A program made the translations under genes and the position numbers. Below, piece by piece: positions 41,931 through 56,734 of a DNA stretch of 64,000 nt (its first letter is position 1; the number at the start of each line of letters is the position of its first letter). Source of the stretch: the human T2T-CHM13v2.0 reference genome, Homo sapiens; the NCBI RefSeq assembly GCF_009914755.1, contig NC_060929.1. The stretch is one strand, 5' to 3'. A model generated the notes under the pieces. The model searched no databases. It saw only the letters and a list, made by a program, of their open reading frames with translations, and was not told the origin of the DNA.

Positions 41931-42729
41931 CCCCCATTCGGATTTCTGCCTGGCCTCTTCACCCCAGGCCAGGGGTGCTGGTAATATAAACATCAGAAGG
42001 GTCTCAAAATCTGACTAACAGAGGAGATCCTATTTCCAAGGACAGCTTGGGACTTGTCAAGACCCATAATCTTGGGGATATCTTGGTGCTAGAACAATAG
42101 CCTAGACATGGTTATGTGGCATTGGGACAGAAGGACCTTAGAAGCTTGAATCAAATTATCAAAGAGACATGGAAGCAGTCTAATATTTTTCTTGCATGAA
42201 AGAGGGACCTGTGAGCCGGTGGGAGAGTCTTCAGTCAGGAGGAACAGCAGTGACTGATAAGGGCCAATGACAAGAAGGATATTTTAGTGCTTGCCCGTGT
42301 GGGTGGATGATGAAGACCAAGAGCCATGACCTCACACTGCACACACTCATGTTTAGCACTGTACAAGTGCTAGATAACACAGACGCAACTCTATGGATTT
42401 GGGGAAGTGAGCAAGGCCCAGAATCAGCTTCAATTTAGTTTCTACTGTTGGATACAGTGGGGATTTAACATAGAAATAAGATTTTAGGGCATTACAGGGA
42501 AGTTCTGCAATCCTTCATGTTATTTTCAGAACATTATTTTCTACTGCTTTGGATTTTTTTCCATTTCTAATCATTTTTTATTCTTTTTCTGTAAGATGTA
42601 TATTAAAAACACCATAATTTTTAAAGCCACAAGAAGGGATAAACATACAGTATAAGAAACTATTGATTGACAACATTTCATTTTCCTCAAATTTTCACAA
42701 TTTAAAAAGTTATACTACTTTTCCAATAT

Positions 42730-43469
42730 TGTGTTTGGTATGCATGGTGCTTTGGTATGCTGAGTGCTTTGAATAAGAGGAAACTGAAAGGCCTCAGAAA
42801 TAAACCTCGGGACCAAGCTCCCTCTCTGAGCTTCCTCCACTCCCTGTCTCTCTTGTCCCCTTTCTTTCCAGAAGTACCAGGAGGGGCTTTCTCTGAAGTT
42901 CCCTTATCTGATTAAAGGAAGTTCTTGCAGAAGAATTGCAGTTGTCTTAAAACCCCTCCCTAGGAATCTCATCAAATAACTCACCAGGAATGGTTGATGG
43001 AAAGAGACTAAAAGTCGTCACCTCACCCAGATAGACTTTTCATATATTCTTCTCAGGGAAACTCTGGGAGATTGCCAGGGAGACTTTCGGGAGACTTTAT
43101 CTGCATAATAAGACAAACTTTGTTTACAGTGAAGTTCCACCCCTCACCTTCCCACCACATCTCTTGGAGCTCCAAGGAGCTTTGTTCCAGGCCATTGTTC
43201 TTCAGGCTTATTCATTTCATCTGAGAGTCATGTACTACCCCTCACAATTGCCCACATTTCCCCAATCTCCCTTCCCCTCTCTCCTATGAAGAGGATATAT
43301 AAGCTTCAACCATCTGACTTTTCTTTGAGTCTCATAATGTTACATGGCTACTGTGCTTATACACATTAATAAATTTATATACCTTTTTCTCCTATTAATC
43401 TGTCTATTGTCATTCATTTCAGCAAAACTTAAGAGGGAACATAAGAGAAGTTTTCCTTCTGCCCCTACA
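42730..43469 (+). mobile_element. ERV1 MER4-group solo LTR (LTR48/MER34-like)
   Basis: ATGGTGCTTTGGTATGCTGAG..; TATATAAG TATA ~43296; ATTAATAAA; ends TTCTGCCCCTACA. Confidence 0.7.
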
Positions 43470-46400
43470 GTAAATGTAACAGGAATAATTGACAAAAAAA
43501 ATTTTAATTAAACTTTCCAACTGCTTTTATTTCATATTTTAAAATATTACTTTCTCTCATTAAAAAATGTGATCTCATTACAGAATATGAAGATCAACAA
43601 CAACAAAAAAGAACACTTATAACCGCAGCCACTCAGAGGCATTTAACAGTGTCTTAAAATCCTAAGGTTTCTACCAAAAATATATATATTTTTACCAGAT
43701 CACCTGGATCTCTAGCCATTTGTGTTTAATAATGTCAGCAACAATTTGGTCAATTACATGGACATATTATTTTCTGACTTCCTCAATTTATAATTTCATG
43801 TCATTTCTGGAAGCACTCACAAGTTCTGATATCTATCCAGAGAGCCTGTTTTCCTAGGATGCACAGCCGCCAGTGGAGCTAACCAGTGCTAGGCTGGCAG
43901 GCACGAGTTCATGAACCACACTCTATCTAGGGTTGCTACTATAGTTGCTTTACCTCTAGCAAGTTTTAAACTTTCACTTTACTAGTTATCTGTGCTCTTT
44001 ATGCAGTTAAAGGTGGTTTCTAATAGCAAAGACTCTTTGGGAGACAAAAAAAAAAAAAAAGAAAAGAAAACCAACAACTCATGATTTGTTTTTGTACTGG
44101 AGACAAACAAAAGGCATTCTACCATTGATCCAAGAACCAATAATGTAAAAAATGCAGAGGTGGGCAGCTGAAAATATAGCCAGGAATAGAAGCAGAGACA
44201 AAGAAAGTAAGGATAAAAAAGGAAATCATCCAATGAATGCCAAACTGTGCTTTGAATAGCATGTACTGACAGAAGACCCTAAGTAATCCCTAGAGACCTT
44301 AAGTTCCCTGTAAGGAAAAACACAGCTAGTAAAACTAAAAGAATAGCAAAAACTATCACTAAAGGTGGCTTGTGAAGAAACACTAGTGCATTTTGCAGAA
44401 CTAAGCTAAAGGCATTGACTTAAAGAGAGTTTTCCAACATTCAAGGCTCTAGGTAAGCTTTAGAACTCCTGATTTTAAGAAATAAATATTAATTAATTAT
44501 TTACTTATTCATTCATTCATTTACTATAATTTCTATTTTTTCAAATACTTTATGAGACAATTCTGAGAGTACTTATTCCCAATCAAGACAGTGATTTACT
44601 ATTTTATGATATGACTTTAGCCAAGCAAGTAACAATCAGTGGAGAATCCTCTTAGACCTAAATTAGGTCAATGCAATGTCTGTTAGCAATTGCTATATTG
44701 TACAAGCCTGTTCAACTCTAATGATACAAGTCATCTTTATATCATCCACATATTCTCTCCCACACAGGAATATAACCCCTTTAGGGCAAATACCAAGTCC
44801 CTGTATCTCCCACAGTTCTTAACAAAGCACCTGCCAAAAAAACAGATCAATATAATAAAAGGAATATCCAATAAAATTAAACTACTTACTCTTTTATGAA
44901 GGTTAACAGCCTAGTACAATTTCCAGCTATTCCTTGTTAGAGGTGGCCAAAATCTCCAAGATAAAGCCATGAACTAACCCAGATTGAAACACCCTAACAC
45001 ATTTTTAAATCAGCAAAGCCATCCTATTTTATTTTTCTTTCAAGACAGAGCTTGCAAAGCACTTGCACAATTGAATAGACTTTTATTTATTTGCCTTTTC
45101 ACGTTGTTGGGTGAAATGTGAATTTCCACTAGTGGATTTCATTGATTTCTGTCAAGCTGGATAACGATTTGGAGAGTTAGTCTGTCCTTTCAGGAAGAAG
45201 GGAAAGAAAGATACTATATCAAGCCTTCTCCATTGTCAGCAAAATATTGGGAAAAACTACTCTGCATTGACTTTAAAAATGATAAGATGTACATCTCAGA
45301 ATTCAAGCCATTTGGCTTAGGCCACTAGTGATATAACTCGTACAAAACAGGAAAATAAAAAGAACACTCATTTATTGGCCATTTCCAAGTAGTTCGGGAT
45401 GCCAGTGGTCTGGAATGCATGGGCTGTCCACCAACTAGCCCCAGGGAGCTGTTCCAGTTCACAAATGATCATTTGGCATTCTAGGTGAGAGATATCTAAA
45501 AGCAAACACTGAAGGGCAGCAACAGGTCAGGAACTGACTGGGAGCAGCCACCAAAGGGACATAAGCTGCCCAGCAGAGGACAGGACTCCCAGCCCAACTC
45601 CACAGACGCAGGTTTTGATACCACTCCTTTCAGTTAAATAACAGAAGAAGCACAATTCAGAGAAGAGGGCTCAAAGATAATAAACTATTAGAATATGTGT
45701 ATTATAATGCTTTGGGGATTTAACAAATGTAGTTAAGGATTACTCTTGGGCATTGTGTAAAATTTTTCAAAAAATATTCGGGTAATCCGCAACTGACCTC
45801 AAAAGAAGGGTGTTGTAAGGAGTGCCAACTCCTGATTGGTCATATTGAGGACTGGAGTCAACGTCCAAAGCCCTGCATAGGGAAGAGACCTGGACACATG
45901 TTTCTAGCCAGAGCTTTGATTACTGATTTCTGGAGGCACATTTAGAACCAGCTGACTTTGCATGCCCTTGGGGAAAATTGTTCATGGTCTGGCTGGGTCC
46001 TAAAACATCCATTGAAGGTAAAACATCCTGCAACTCTATTTCCTAACCAAAGAAAAAGTGAAAATCTGAAATGCAATTAGAGCCAGGACATACCTTTCTC
46101 TGGAAATAATGCTTCAAGTTCAGCAAAAAACGTCGTCGGAATAATGCTTCTCCATAGGTGAGTCTTATCCCTGGAAAACTGTAGGTCACTAATTTTTCCA
46201 GTTTTTTTTTAACATTTATTTTAGCAGAAGGCAGGGGCAAGAAAGCTAGATTCTCTTTAAAAACCATGGGAAAAGGAAAGCAGACCAGAAAGCTTCTTCA
46301 GAAGAGTCACTAAGTGTGTCCCATGCAGTCATCCTACAGCAAGAGACAATGCAGACTTCTCCAAGGGTGATACACAGAATCAAGAAAGGATTACGCGAGC

Positions 46401-46852
46401 ATTTTAGCTTTCAATGCTTTTGTTTCTGTTTTCCAGTTCAAAATTCTGTGATGATTTATTCATGGCAACTTGGTCATCTTGATGCAACTTCTGGGCAGAA
46501 ATATTCTGCTCTCCTTCCCTCTCTGTAAACTTGCCGGGTAACCCTGGAAGAGGAGAATTTGAGTTAACACCTCTATTAGATGCTAATTTTATGCACTTCT
46601 TTGGGTTATGTGTGACTCTTTTGCCTCCTGGACCCTGCTTAGGGCAAGAAAATCCCTTGCTCTCAGCTACCACCATGCAGCCTGGCCCATCTGCCATGTG
46701 TGTGTGGCCCCTACCTCTGCTACCAGAATTCAAGCAACAGAGCTTAGCCATTGGTGAACTGTAGCTTGTACAAAACAGGGAAATAAAAATAACACTGCCC
46801 ACACAGAATGGAATTTAACATACTTAATGACCATAAGCAGAGCTAAATGATG

Positions 46853-47438
46853 TGTATTAGTCAGCGTTCTCCAGAGAGACAGAACCAACAGGATATATGT
46901 ATGTATGAAAGGGCATTTATTAGGAAGAATTGGCTCACACTATTACAAGAAGTCCCACAATACTCTGTCTGCAGGCTGGGGAAAGAGAGAAGCCAGCAGT
47001 GGCTCAGTCCAAGTCCAAAAGCCCAAAAACCACAAAAGCCAACAGTACAGCCTTTGATCTACAGTCAGAGGCCTGAAGGCCCCCAGGTAGCTGCCAATGC
47101 AAATCCCAGAGTTCAAAGGCCAAAGAACTGGAGTTTGATGTCCAAGGCCAGGAGGAGCAGAAGCAAGCATCCAGCACAAGAAGAAGAAGAAAGAGGGCCA
47201 GAAGACTCATCAAGCAAACTTATCCCACCTTCTGCCACCTACTTTGTTCTAGCTGTGCTGGCAGCTGATTGGATGGTGCCCACCCACACTGAAGATGGGT
47301 CTTCCTCTCCCAGTCCATGGACTCAAATATCAATCTCCTGTGGAAACACCCTCACAAACACACCCAGAAACAATACTTCACCAGCCATGTAGGCATCCCT
47401 CAAACCAATCAAGTTGATGCGTAAAACTAACCATCACA
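46853..47438 (-). mobile_element. MLT2B-like ERVL solo LTR with perfect 5-bp TSD
   Basis: TG..CA termini; TGATG on both flanks (46848-46852, 47439-47443). Confidence 0.92.
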
Positions 47439-47454
47439 TGATGTGACCTATAAG

Positions 47455-48551
47455 TATTATACTTCTGCACAGCAAAAGAATCAACAGAGTGAACAGAGAA
47501 TATGGCAGAATGGGAGGAAATGTTTGCAAACTATGCATCTAACAGGGGACTAATATCCAGAGTCTACAAGGAACTCAAACAACTCAACAAAAACAAAAAA
47601 CAAATAATCCCATTATAAGTGGACAAAGGACATGAATAGACATTTTCCAAAACAAGAAAAATAAATGGCCAACAGGTATATTTTTTTTAGTGTTCAACAT
47701 CACTAGTCATCAGAGAAAACATTTTGTAGGTAGAGATTCTCTACTTACCCATTTATACGTCCTTTTGTAGAAAGTTTAACATAAAAGACAATAAAAAACA
47801 AATGAGATTTATCCAGGAAAATTAAAATAAAAAGTAAACATAAAGCCACAATGAGATATCATTTTACCCCATGTAAGATGGCTATTATTAAAAAGTCAAA
47901 AAATAACAAATGTTCCCAAGGATGTAGAGAAAAGGGAATACTTATGCACTGTTTGTAGGAATGTAAATTATTACAAGCTTTATGGAAAACAGTATGGAGA
48001 TTTTTCAGAGAACTAAAAATAAAACTACCATTCAAACCAGAAATCCCAGTCCAAGGTATCTACCCAAAGGAAAAAAAATCATATCATGTGTTTATTACAG
48101 CACTGTTCAGCATAGAACAGAATAAGCAAAGATACAGAATCAACCTAAGTGAACATCAGTGGAAAATCAGATAAAGAAAAATGTGATATAGATACACAGT
48201 CGAATACTATTCCACTATAAAAAAGAATGAAATTATGTCTTTTGCAACAACATAAATAGAACTGGAAGTCTTTATTTTAAGTGAAAGAAGTCAGACACAG
48301 AAAGACAAATATCACATGTGGAATTATAAGTGGAAGCTAAATAATGTGCACAATGGATGTAGAGAGTGGAATGATAGGCATCGGAGACTCAGAAGGGTGA
48401 GGTAGTAGGAGAGGATGAATGATGAGAAACTACTTAATGGATACACTGTATATTATTCAGGTGAATAAAAACCCAGACTTGACCGCTACTCAATCTATGC
48501 ATGTAACAAAATTGCCCTTTTACCCCATACATTTGTACCAAAAAAAAAAAA
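47455..48551 (+). mobile_element. L1PB-like 3' fragment with A tail
   Basis: CTTCTGCACAGCAAAAGAA..TTTGCAAACTATGCATCT..; 3'UTR GATGAGAAACTACTTAATGG..CATGTAACAAAATTG. Confidence 0.85.
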
Positions 48552-48553
48552 GG

Positions 48554-48818
<265 letters not shown>

Positions 48819-48824
48819 GTGCAG

Positions 48825-49170
48825 GAGAGTTAACTCCCTGTGAAGCATACTTTGAACAATGGCAACAGGAAGAAGGAGGAAGTCAACCCCTACCACCCAC
48901 ATGGGCTGCTCTGTGGGCACAGCTTTTCCATGCAGGAGTCTTTGTCAGTGCCCTGTGCTGAGGAGGTGCCCCTGTGGGGCCCAGCGGTGTCTTTTCATAG
49001 CTCATTGTGATAAAGCAGTGGTTGGGGAATGCATCTCTTCACATCTTTCTTTCTTGGTGCACTTTTTCTTCACTTTTCTGCTGCTGCCTGGGGTTGCATT
49101 GCCCAAGTAAAGCATCAATATTTCACATCTTTGCATCAGATTCTGTTTTCTAAGAGACCAAGTCTCAGAC
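48825..49170 (+). mobile_element. Old ERVL LTR 3' part (LTR40/LTR33-group-like)
   Basis: Ends CAGATTCTGTTTTCTAAGAGACCAAGTCTCAGAC, typical of this LTR group. Confidence 0.4.
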
Positions 49171-49319
49171 TGAATTTATAAAGTTTCACCTAAACTTGAT
49201 TTTTGAATTATGTCATTCATCCAAATTCTAGAATTGAGACACAACTAAAAGTAAGTTCTAGATCCTTGGTAGAATACTAAGATATATGCAAACTCATCAA
49301 TTTTAAAATAGAGAAAATC

Positions 49320-49634
<315 letters not shown>

Positions 49635-49764
49635 CTAGAAATTTTTATAAGTAAGTACCTTCTTTCAAGTACAGTAAAAATGTTACTGTAAAAAAATAAG
49701 GTTACAGTCAAAATCTATAGAACTCTATGATGAACAACAACAAAATAATTATCAAAGATTCTCA

Positions 49765-50227
<463 letters not shown>

Positions 50228-50539
50228 TCAGGCAAGTGAAAATAAAATAGGTATGTCCAACCTCTAAAATAATTAGAAAATGTAAGCAACTGAAGTAAAA
50301 ACAGTTAAGAAAATAAAAGACACCATGAATTCTCCAAATGTGTAAACAGATGTACACATTGTCATTTTCTTTTGAAGGGTAATCAGGATCTGAGAAGGAA
50401 GGGGATAATGAGAATAAGGCGTGCAGTGAGTCAGGCCCTGGGAATTCAGAGATAAATAAGATACAGTCCCTGCTCTTGATGAAGTCACAATCTATAAACT
50501 ACAGGCAAATAAAAACTTAGCACAAAAAAAAATATGAGA

Positions 50540-50905
50540 GTACCTTAGTATGCTCAGGCCGATACAAGAAAAAAACATAAACTGGGTGGTTTATAAACAA
50601 CAGAAAGTTATTTCTCACAGTTTGGAGGCTGGAAGTCCAAGATCAAGGCACTGGCAGGTTTGGTGTCTGGTTAGGGCCTGTCTCCTGGTTCTCATAGATG
50701 GCTCCTGGTCACTGTGTCTGCACAGGGCAGGAAAGGATAAGGGCGCTCTCTTGGACCTCTTTTGTAAGGGCGCTAATCTCATTCATTAGACCTCTATCCT
50801 CATTACTTAATTATGTCCAAACTGCACCACCTCCACATACCATTGCATTGGTGAGTAGGTTTCAACATTTGGATTTGGGGGAGAACAAACATTCAGACCA
50901 TAGCG
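50540..50905 (-). mobile_element. MaLR LTR (MSTC/D or MLT1A-like)
   Basis: AACAACAGAAAGTTATTTCTCACAGTTTGGAGGCTGGAAGTCCAAGATCAAGG..AAACATTCAGACCATAGC. Confidence 0.8.
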
Positions 50906-51337
50906 GAAAGTAATAAATTATATGTCCTGAAAGCACAGATGACAGTTGCTAATTCACCTCGGAGGAGGTCAGAGAGATTAGTAGGTTTTTCTAGTTAATA
51001 TGCTACTGTTAACTGAGATATGAATTGGTTTAAAGAGAGAAAATAATCGTTTTGGTTTTGAACATGCTGAATTTGAGGTAATACTTGCCCATGAAGGTGA
51101 TCTGTAGACAACTGAAATGCCGACCTAAAGTTTAGGAGATACTTCCCGTGTAAAAAGAAGGTATGACATTTGAAAGGACATAGGTTATATTGATTTCATA
51201 GTATGAGACAGTCCAGGGAACACACATCAGTAAAACGGGAGTGGGCTGGGAGAAGGCAAAAAGCCCAATTTTGGAGTCCTTGAGAACACACATATTTAGA
51301 ATTAAAAGGGAATTAGAGAAAGAAAAGAAAACAGGCT

Positions 51338-52940
51338 GAAGAATTAATAATGTTAAAATGTCCATACTACCCAAAGCAATTTGCAGATTCAACTCTATTC
51401 CTATCAAACTACCAATGACATTTTTCACAGAATTAGAAAAAAAAATAACTATTTTAAAATTCATATGGAACCAAAAAAGAATCTGAATAGAAAAAGCAAT
51501 TCTAAGCAAACAGAACAAATCTGGAAGCATCACATTATCTGACTTCAAACTAACCTGCAACTTTACAGTAATCAAAACACAGGGTACTGGTACAAAAACA
51601 GACACATAAACCAATGGAATAAAATAGAGCACCCAGAAATAAAGTCACACACCTACAACCATATGATCTTTAAAAAAGTCGACAGAAACAAGCAGTGGGA
51701 AAGAACTCCCCATTCAACAAATGGTGCTGGGATAACTGGCTCACCATATGCAGATTGAAACTGGACCCCTTCCTTGTACCATATATGAGAATTAACTCAG
51801 GATGGATTAAAGACTTAAATGTAAAACCTAAAACTATAAAATAAAACCTAGGAAATAACATTCCAGAAATAGGCCCTGGCAGATTTCATAATGTAGACAC
51901 CAAAAGTGATTGCAACAAAAACAAAAATTGACAAAAGGAACCTAATTAAACTAAAAAGCTTTTGCACAGCAAAAGAAACTATCAATGCAGTAAACAACCT
52001 ACAGAATGGGAGGAAATATTTGCAAACTATGCATCTGACAAAGATGCACTTAGACAACTTAAACAAAAAACAAACTACCTCATTAAAAAGTGTGCAAAGG
52101 ACATGAACAGACACTTTTCAAAAAGGAAACATGCACACAGCCAACAAGCATATTTAAATAAAAACTGCTTAACGTCACTGATTGTTACAGAAATGCACAG
52201 AAAACCACAATGATACCCCATCTCACACCATTCAGAATGGCTATTCATAAAAAGTAAAAAAAAAAAAAAAAAAATCAATAGAAACAATAGTTGCAGAGAA
52301 AAGGAAATGCTTATACATTGCTGATGGGAATGTAAATTAGTTCAGCCATTGTGGAAAGCAGTTTGGTGATTTCTCAAGGAACTTAAAATAGAACTACAAT
52401 TTGACCCAGCAATTTCATTACTGAATATTTACTCAAAGGAATATAAATCATCATTTCATAAAAACACATATAAATTAATCTCTGCACTATTCACAATAGC
52501 AAAGACATGGAATCAACCTAAATGCCCATGAACAGTGGACTGGAAAAAGAAAATGTGGTATATATACACCATGGAATACTACACAGCCATTAAAAAATAA
52601 TGAGGTCATGACCCTGGCAGTAACATGGATGGAGTTGAAGGCCATTATCCTAAGTGAACTAACTCAAGAATAGAAAACCAAAAAATGTGTGTTCTCATTT
52701 ATAAGTGGAGGCTAAACATTGTGTACACGTGGACAAAAACAAGGGAACAGTAGAAACCAGGGTCTACTTGAAGGTAGGGGATTGGAGGAGGAGGTTGTTC
52801 CAAAAACTACCCATCATGTACTATGCTTATTACCTAGATGACAAAATAATCTGTACACCAAACCCCTATGACACAAAACTTCCCTTCATAACAGACCTGC
52901 ACATGTACCCCTGAACCTAAAAATTAAAAATTAAAAACAG
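51338..52940 (+). mobile_element. 5'-truncated L1 (L1PA15/16-like) inserted in L2 remnants
   Basis: ORF2 C-terminal remnants ([20 protein letters not shown]) and 3'UTR AAAATAATCTGTACACCAAACCCC..CACATGTACCCCTGAACCTAAAA. Confidence 0.9.
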
Positions 52941-53499
52941 AAGAAAGAGCAGTCAAAATTAGGAAGAAAAACAATACAAATATTATCTTAAATGAAGTCT
53001 GTAAAGTTTTAAAGAGGAAGAAGGTACTCCACAGTTTTCAATGCTACCAAATAGCCAACTGAAATACCCAAGAAAAGTTACCACTGGATTTGGCAGTCAG
53101 TAGGTCATACTAAGAGAACATTTTCAGAGGAGGAATTAACCAAATCAGATTGAAATGATCTAAACACAGAATGATAGGCAAGGAAGTAGAAAAGGTGAAG
53201 AGACACCAGCATACAACACAGAAGTTCTATCATTACACTGGGTCGTAAAAACTAAACAGCATAAAACACAATTGTTAGGTACAGTCTGTTGCAGCTCTTT
53301 CTTGGGTCTGCACCATCTAACTTCATCTGCTCCCATACACAGTTTGATGTTCTTTGGTGTCATTTGTTGGCTCCAGCTTAAGGATCTTTTGAGGACCCTT
53401 CTGGGTTCTGTGGCTAGCTGGGATGTAAATACTTAGTAACTCCCTATGGGGAGTAATTCCTGCTTGGATAAAAAAGGCAGACTCCATATGTCACATGAG

Positions 53500-54025
53500 C
53501 TCGTGCTTGTATAGAAACTGTGCCAGTCATGTGTCTTTTTCTCTTAAATTCATTTTCCGCTCTTCCTTTAAGGAACTACATTTTCAAGGATCCCTTTTCT
53601 GGATTCCACATAGCTTTAACCATTGGATAGTACTGGCAGAAGACTGGAGGGCAAGAAGAAAGAAGTCAGATATTGGGAAGGAGTAGGGGCATTTCTCCCT
53701 CTTGCTCTGTTTCACACAGCACACCCAGCAGTGGTGTCTTACATGGAACTCTAGATTTCACCACGTCCCTGTCATGATTCTCACTCCCTGAAGGAGACCC
53801 TGGTTCCTGTGTTCTGGTAACACCACCAACACCACTGTCTCCCAATGTCTCTCCAGTCTTAAGAGTGAGCATAGCTTCTGGCTGTGTTACTAATCTCTTG
53901 AGTATTTCAACCATCCCATTTGGCTTCTCAGCTCTTCCCTTCCCTAAGGACAAATTCCCTGAATGAAGCTGCCTCTGTTGAAAGGCTCAAGTGGTTTCTG
54001 TCTTCTGATTGGACCATAACAGAGA
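53500..54025 (+). mobile_element. LTR33-like ERVL LTR
   Basis: TTTCAAGGATCCCTT..CTGGCAGAAGACTGGAGGGCAAGAAG..GTGGTTTCTGTCTTCTGATTGGACC. Confidence 0.5.
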
Positions 54026-54091
54026 AATCACCATAATCAGATATCATAATCAGATCTAGGAAGCACAGTTTTTGGATTATTAGCAAAGACC

Positions 54092-54135
54092 TGTGTGTGT
54101 GTGTGAGTGAGTGTGTCTGTGTGTGTAGTGTGTGT
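54092..54135. repeat. Interrupted (TG)n microsatellite
   Basis: TGTGTGTGTGTGTGAGTGAGTGTGTCTGTGTGTGTAGTGTGTGT. Confidence 0.85.
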
Positions 54136-54136
54136 A

Positions 54137-54425
54137 CAATTGTCCCTTGATACATGCAGGGAATTCATCTCAGGGCCATCCACAGAAAACAAAATCTGCA
54201 CACACTCAGTGTGCTGTAGTCCTGTAGTCACCCCTGAGGAACGTGCATGTACAAAAAGTGGGCTCTCCATATTCTCAAGTTTGGCATCCCTCGAATACTG
54301 TATTTTCCACTCACATCTGGTTGTGAATGTGGAATTCACCCCTAAGCGGGGACCAACTTTTATTGAAAAAAATCCATATATAAATGGACCCCTGCAGCTC
54401 AAAGCCATGCTGCTCAAGGATCATA
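54137..54425 (+). mobile_element. Tigger2-derived MITE (MER8/Tigger2a-like)
   Basis: CAATTGTCCCTTGA start; GAATACTGTATTTTC; TTGAAAAAAATCC..TGGACCC..GCTCAAGGATCA end, forming imperfect TIRs. Confidence 0.7.
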
Positions 54426-55404
54426 TTCAGCCCTCATCATCACACTCTCCTACCCAACCCTCAACCAAAAGTGATAGAAGTTTAACAATGTCTTTCCTAA
54501 TAAAAAAATTAAATATGTTAAAAAAGCAGTAAATTATGAATACAAAGAAAAACAATACCCTGAAGAACAGAAATGTTATTGTAAGGGCTCCCAGACAATG
54601 TAGGCTGATATCCCTGAAGAGTACATTAGTTGAAGAAAAAGGGAGAATATTGGGGGTTAAGAGGTATTAAAAAGAAAAGGTACACCAAGATAAGATGCAT
54701 ACAAAATGTGCTACACAAAATCTGAAAAACTGGGGTTATTATCCTACTTAGCCAAGTATAGATCTATAGGGTGAGGGGAGGTAGGACTCAAGGGGAGGGG
54801 AGAGAGAGGGAAAGAACTGTACTAGAAAACAGGGGAAAAGAAGAGTATTTTTTAATTTAAGAGAAACAAGTATATTAAATATAAGTCTCCGCTGAAATAA
54901 TTGGGCAAATAAAGCCTGTGTAGATATGACTTTTCTCAAGGGCTAAGAACTTAAGAAAGTTTGCCATGTTTCTCATTGGGTTCACCTGGGGTGATTCATT
55001 AGAGTCATTTATGGTGCCTTAAAAATGAAATAAAATAAAAACAAATTCCTGGACCCACCACTCTACAATTATTAAAACAGACTCTCTAGAGGATGATGCT
55101 TTCAAATCTTTTTTTAAAGAAAACAATAGAGGAAATTTAGAGCTCTCAAAGTTAGAGAACCCCAGGTGAGAAAAAAACCTGTAAGACTTCCAAGGGAGGA
55201 CAAATACTAGCAGAGCTGAATGATCTCCTGATATCCAACCTGTAGTAGAGCCAATCTTCATTAAGAAAAATGGGAAAATTTTTATCATTTTAGAGATCTC
55301 AAGATCTAGAAGAAACATTTCACAATAAATATTTTGGGATAGTTTGCACACTGAGAGTGGAAAGTTGCTTCCAACAGACCTGGGTAAGCCTTCTGTTTGA
55401 GGAC

Positions 55405-55765
55405 TGATATGGTTTGGCTGTGTCCCCACCCAAATCTCATCTCGCATTGTAGCTCTCATAATTCTCACGTGTTGTGGGAGGGACCTGGTGGGAGGTAATT
55501 TAATCATGGGTGCAGTTTCTCCCATACTGCTCTCATGGTAGTGAATAAGTCTCACGAGATCTGATGGCTTTATAAGGGGTTTCCCTTTTTGCTTGCTCAT
55601 TTTCTCTCTTACCTGCCCCCAGGTAAGATGTGCCTTTCACCTTCCACCACGATTGTGAGGCCTCCCTAACCACGTGTAACTGTGAGACCATTAAACCTCT
55701 TTTCCTTTAATTTTACCCAGTCTCAGGTATATCATTATCAGCAGTGTGAAAAATGGACTAATACA
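55405..55765 (+). mobile_element. THE1 (B/C-like) solo LTR with perfect 5-bp TSD
   Basis: TGATATGGTTTGGCTGTGTCCCCACCC..GGACTAATACA; AGGAC on both flanks. Confidence 0.95.
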
Positions 55766-56734
55766 AGGACCATCTGGGAGGACCCTGTCTCGTACTAGTC
55801 CAGAATGAAATTTTTATTTCTATGTATGTTTTATTGTTTAGGATGTAAATGTACATCTGAATTTCCCGCAACCCCTTTTCTTTTTTCTGCATTTGTGGTT
55901 TTGTTCTGAATTTTAACCAACTTTATTCACTATAGTAGTTTCTTTTAACTCTCAATTGGAAGGTTCTGGGACACTAAACAAAACAAAACAAAATGAAAAA
56001 GTCTCTTTTAAAAATATTATTTTATTGAGCTATTTGCTGCACTTATTTTACACACAGCATGATGATTACTTTCTCAGGCTTTTTTTCTTTCCTTTCTTTC
56101 TTTTTTTCTTTTTTGTTTGTTTAGCAATAACTAGATAAGATATCTTTAGGAGACAGGCATAGACACCCAATACTAAATGCCTAGCATGTTTGAGGGAGTT
56201 TCCAGACCATTTGTGACACCACATAATAATAAAACGTTTTCAATAACTGGCACAATTTTGAAATGAAAATTGAGATTGGTGTTAAATTTTAAAAGCAATT
56301 TTGTTTGGAAATATTAGTTTAGTCTGCAAAGAAACATCAAAACATACAGCTAAAGGGACTAACAGGCTTTGAAGTTTTAGCAATAGACTGTGAACATGTC
56401 TCATTCTTTTATTTTTCTTTCCTCCCTTTTCTTTCTTCCTTCCTTTTTTCCTTCCTTCCTTCTTTCATTGCTTCCTTCTGATATATATGAAAGATAGAAT
56501 AGTTAGCCAAACAGTCATATTCTCTGCCCTCATTGGTCTATAGTCCAATGAGGCAATCAGAGATTAAGCAAATAATTGCACAAATAAATGTAAAATTTTA
56601 AAGGAGATATAAATATAAGAGCATCTGACAAGGAATTTGATGTAGTCAGAGGGTCAAATGACAGGTTTCAGTGCCTTTTAGACATCCAAGAAGAAAGGTT
56701 ACATAGGTGATTGGTTATATGGTTAAAGTAAAAA

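Noticed and set aside
46847-47392. 181-aa ORF; also the 193-aa ORF at 55019-55600
   Set aside because: They lie within or start in MLT2/THE1 LTRs; no recognisable protein features.
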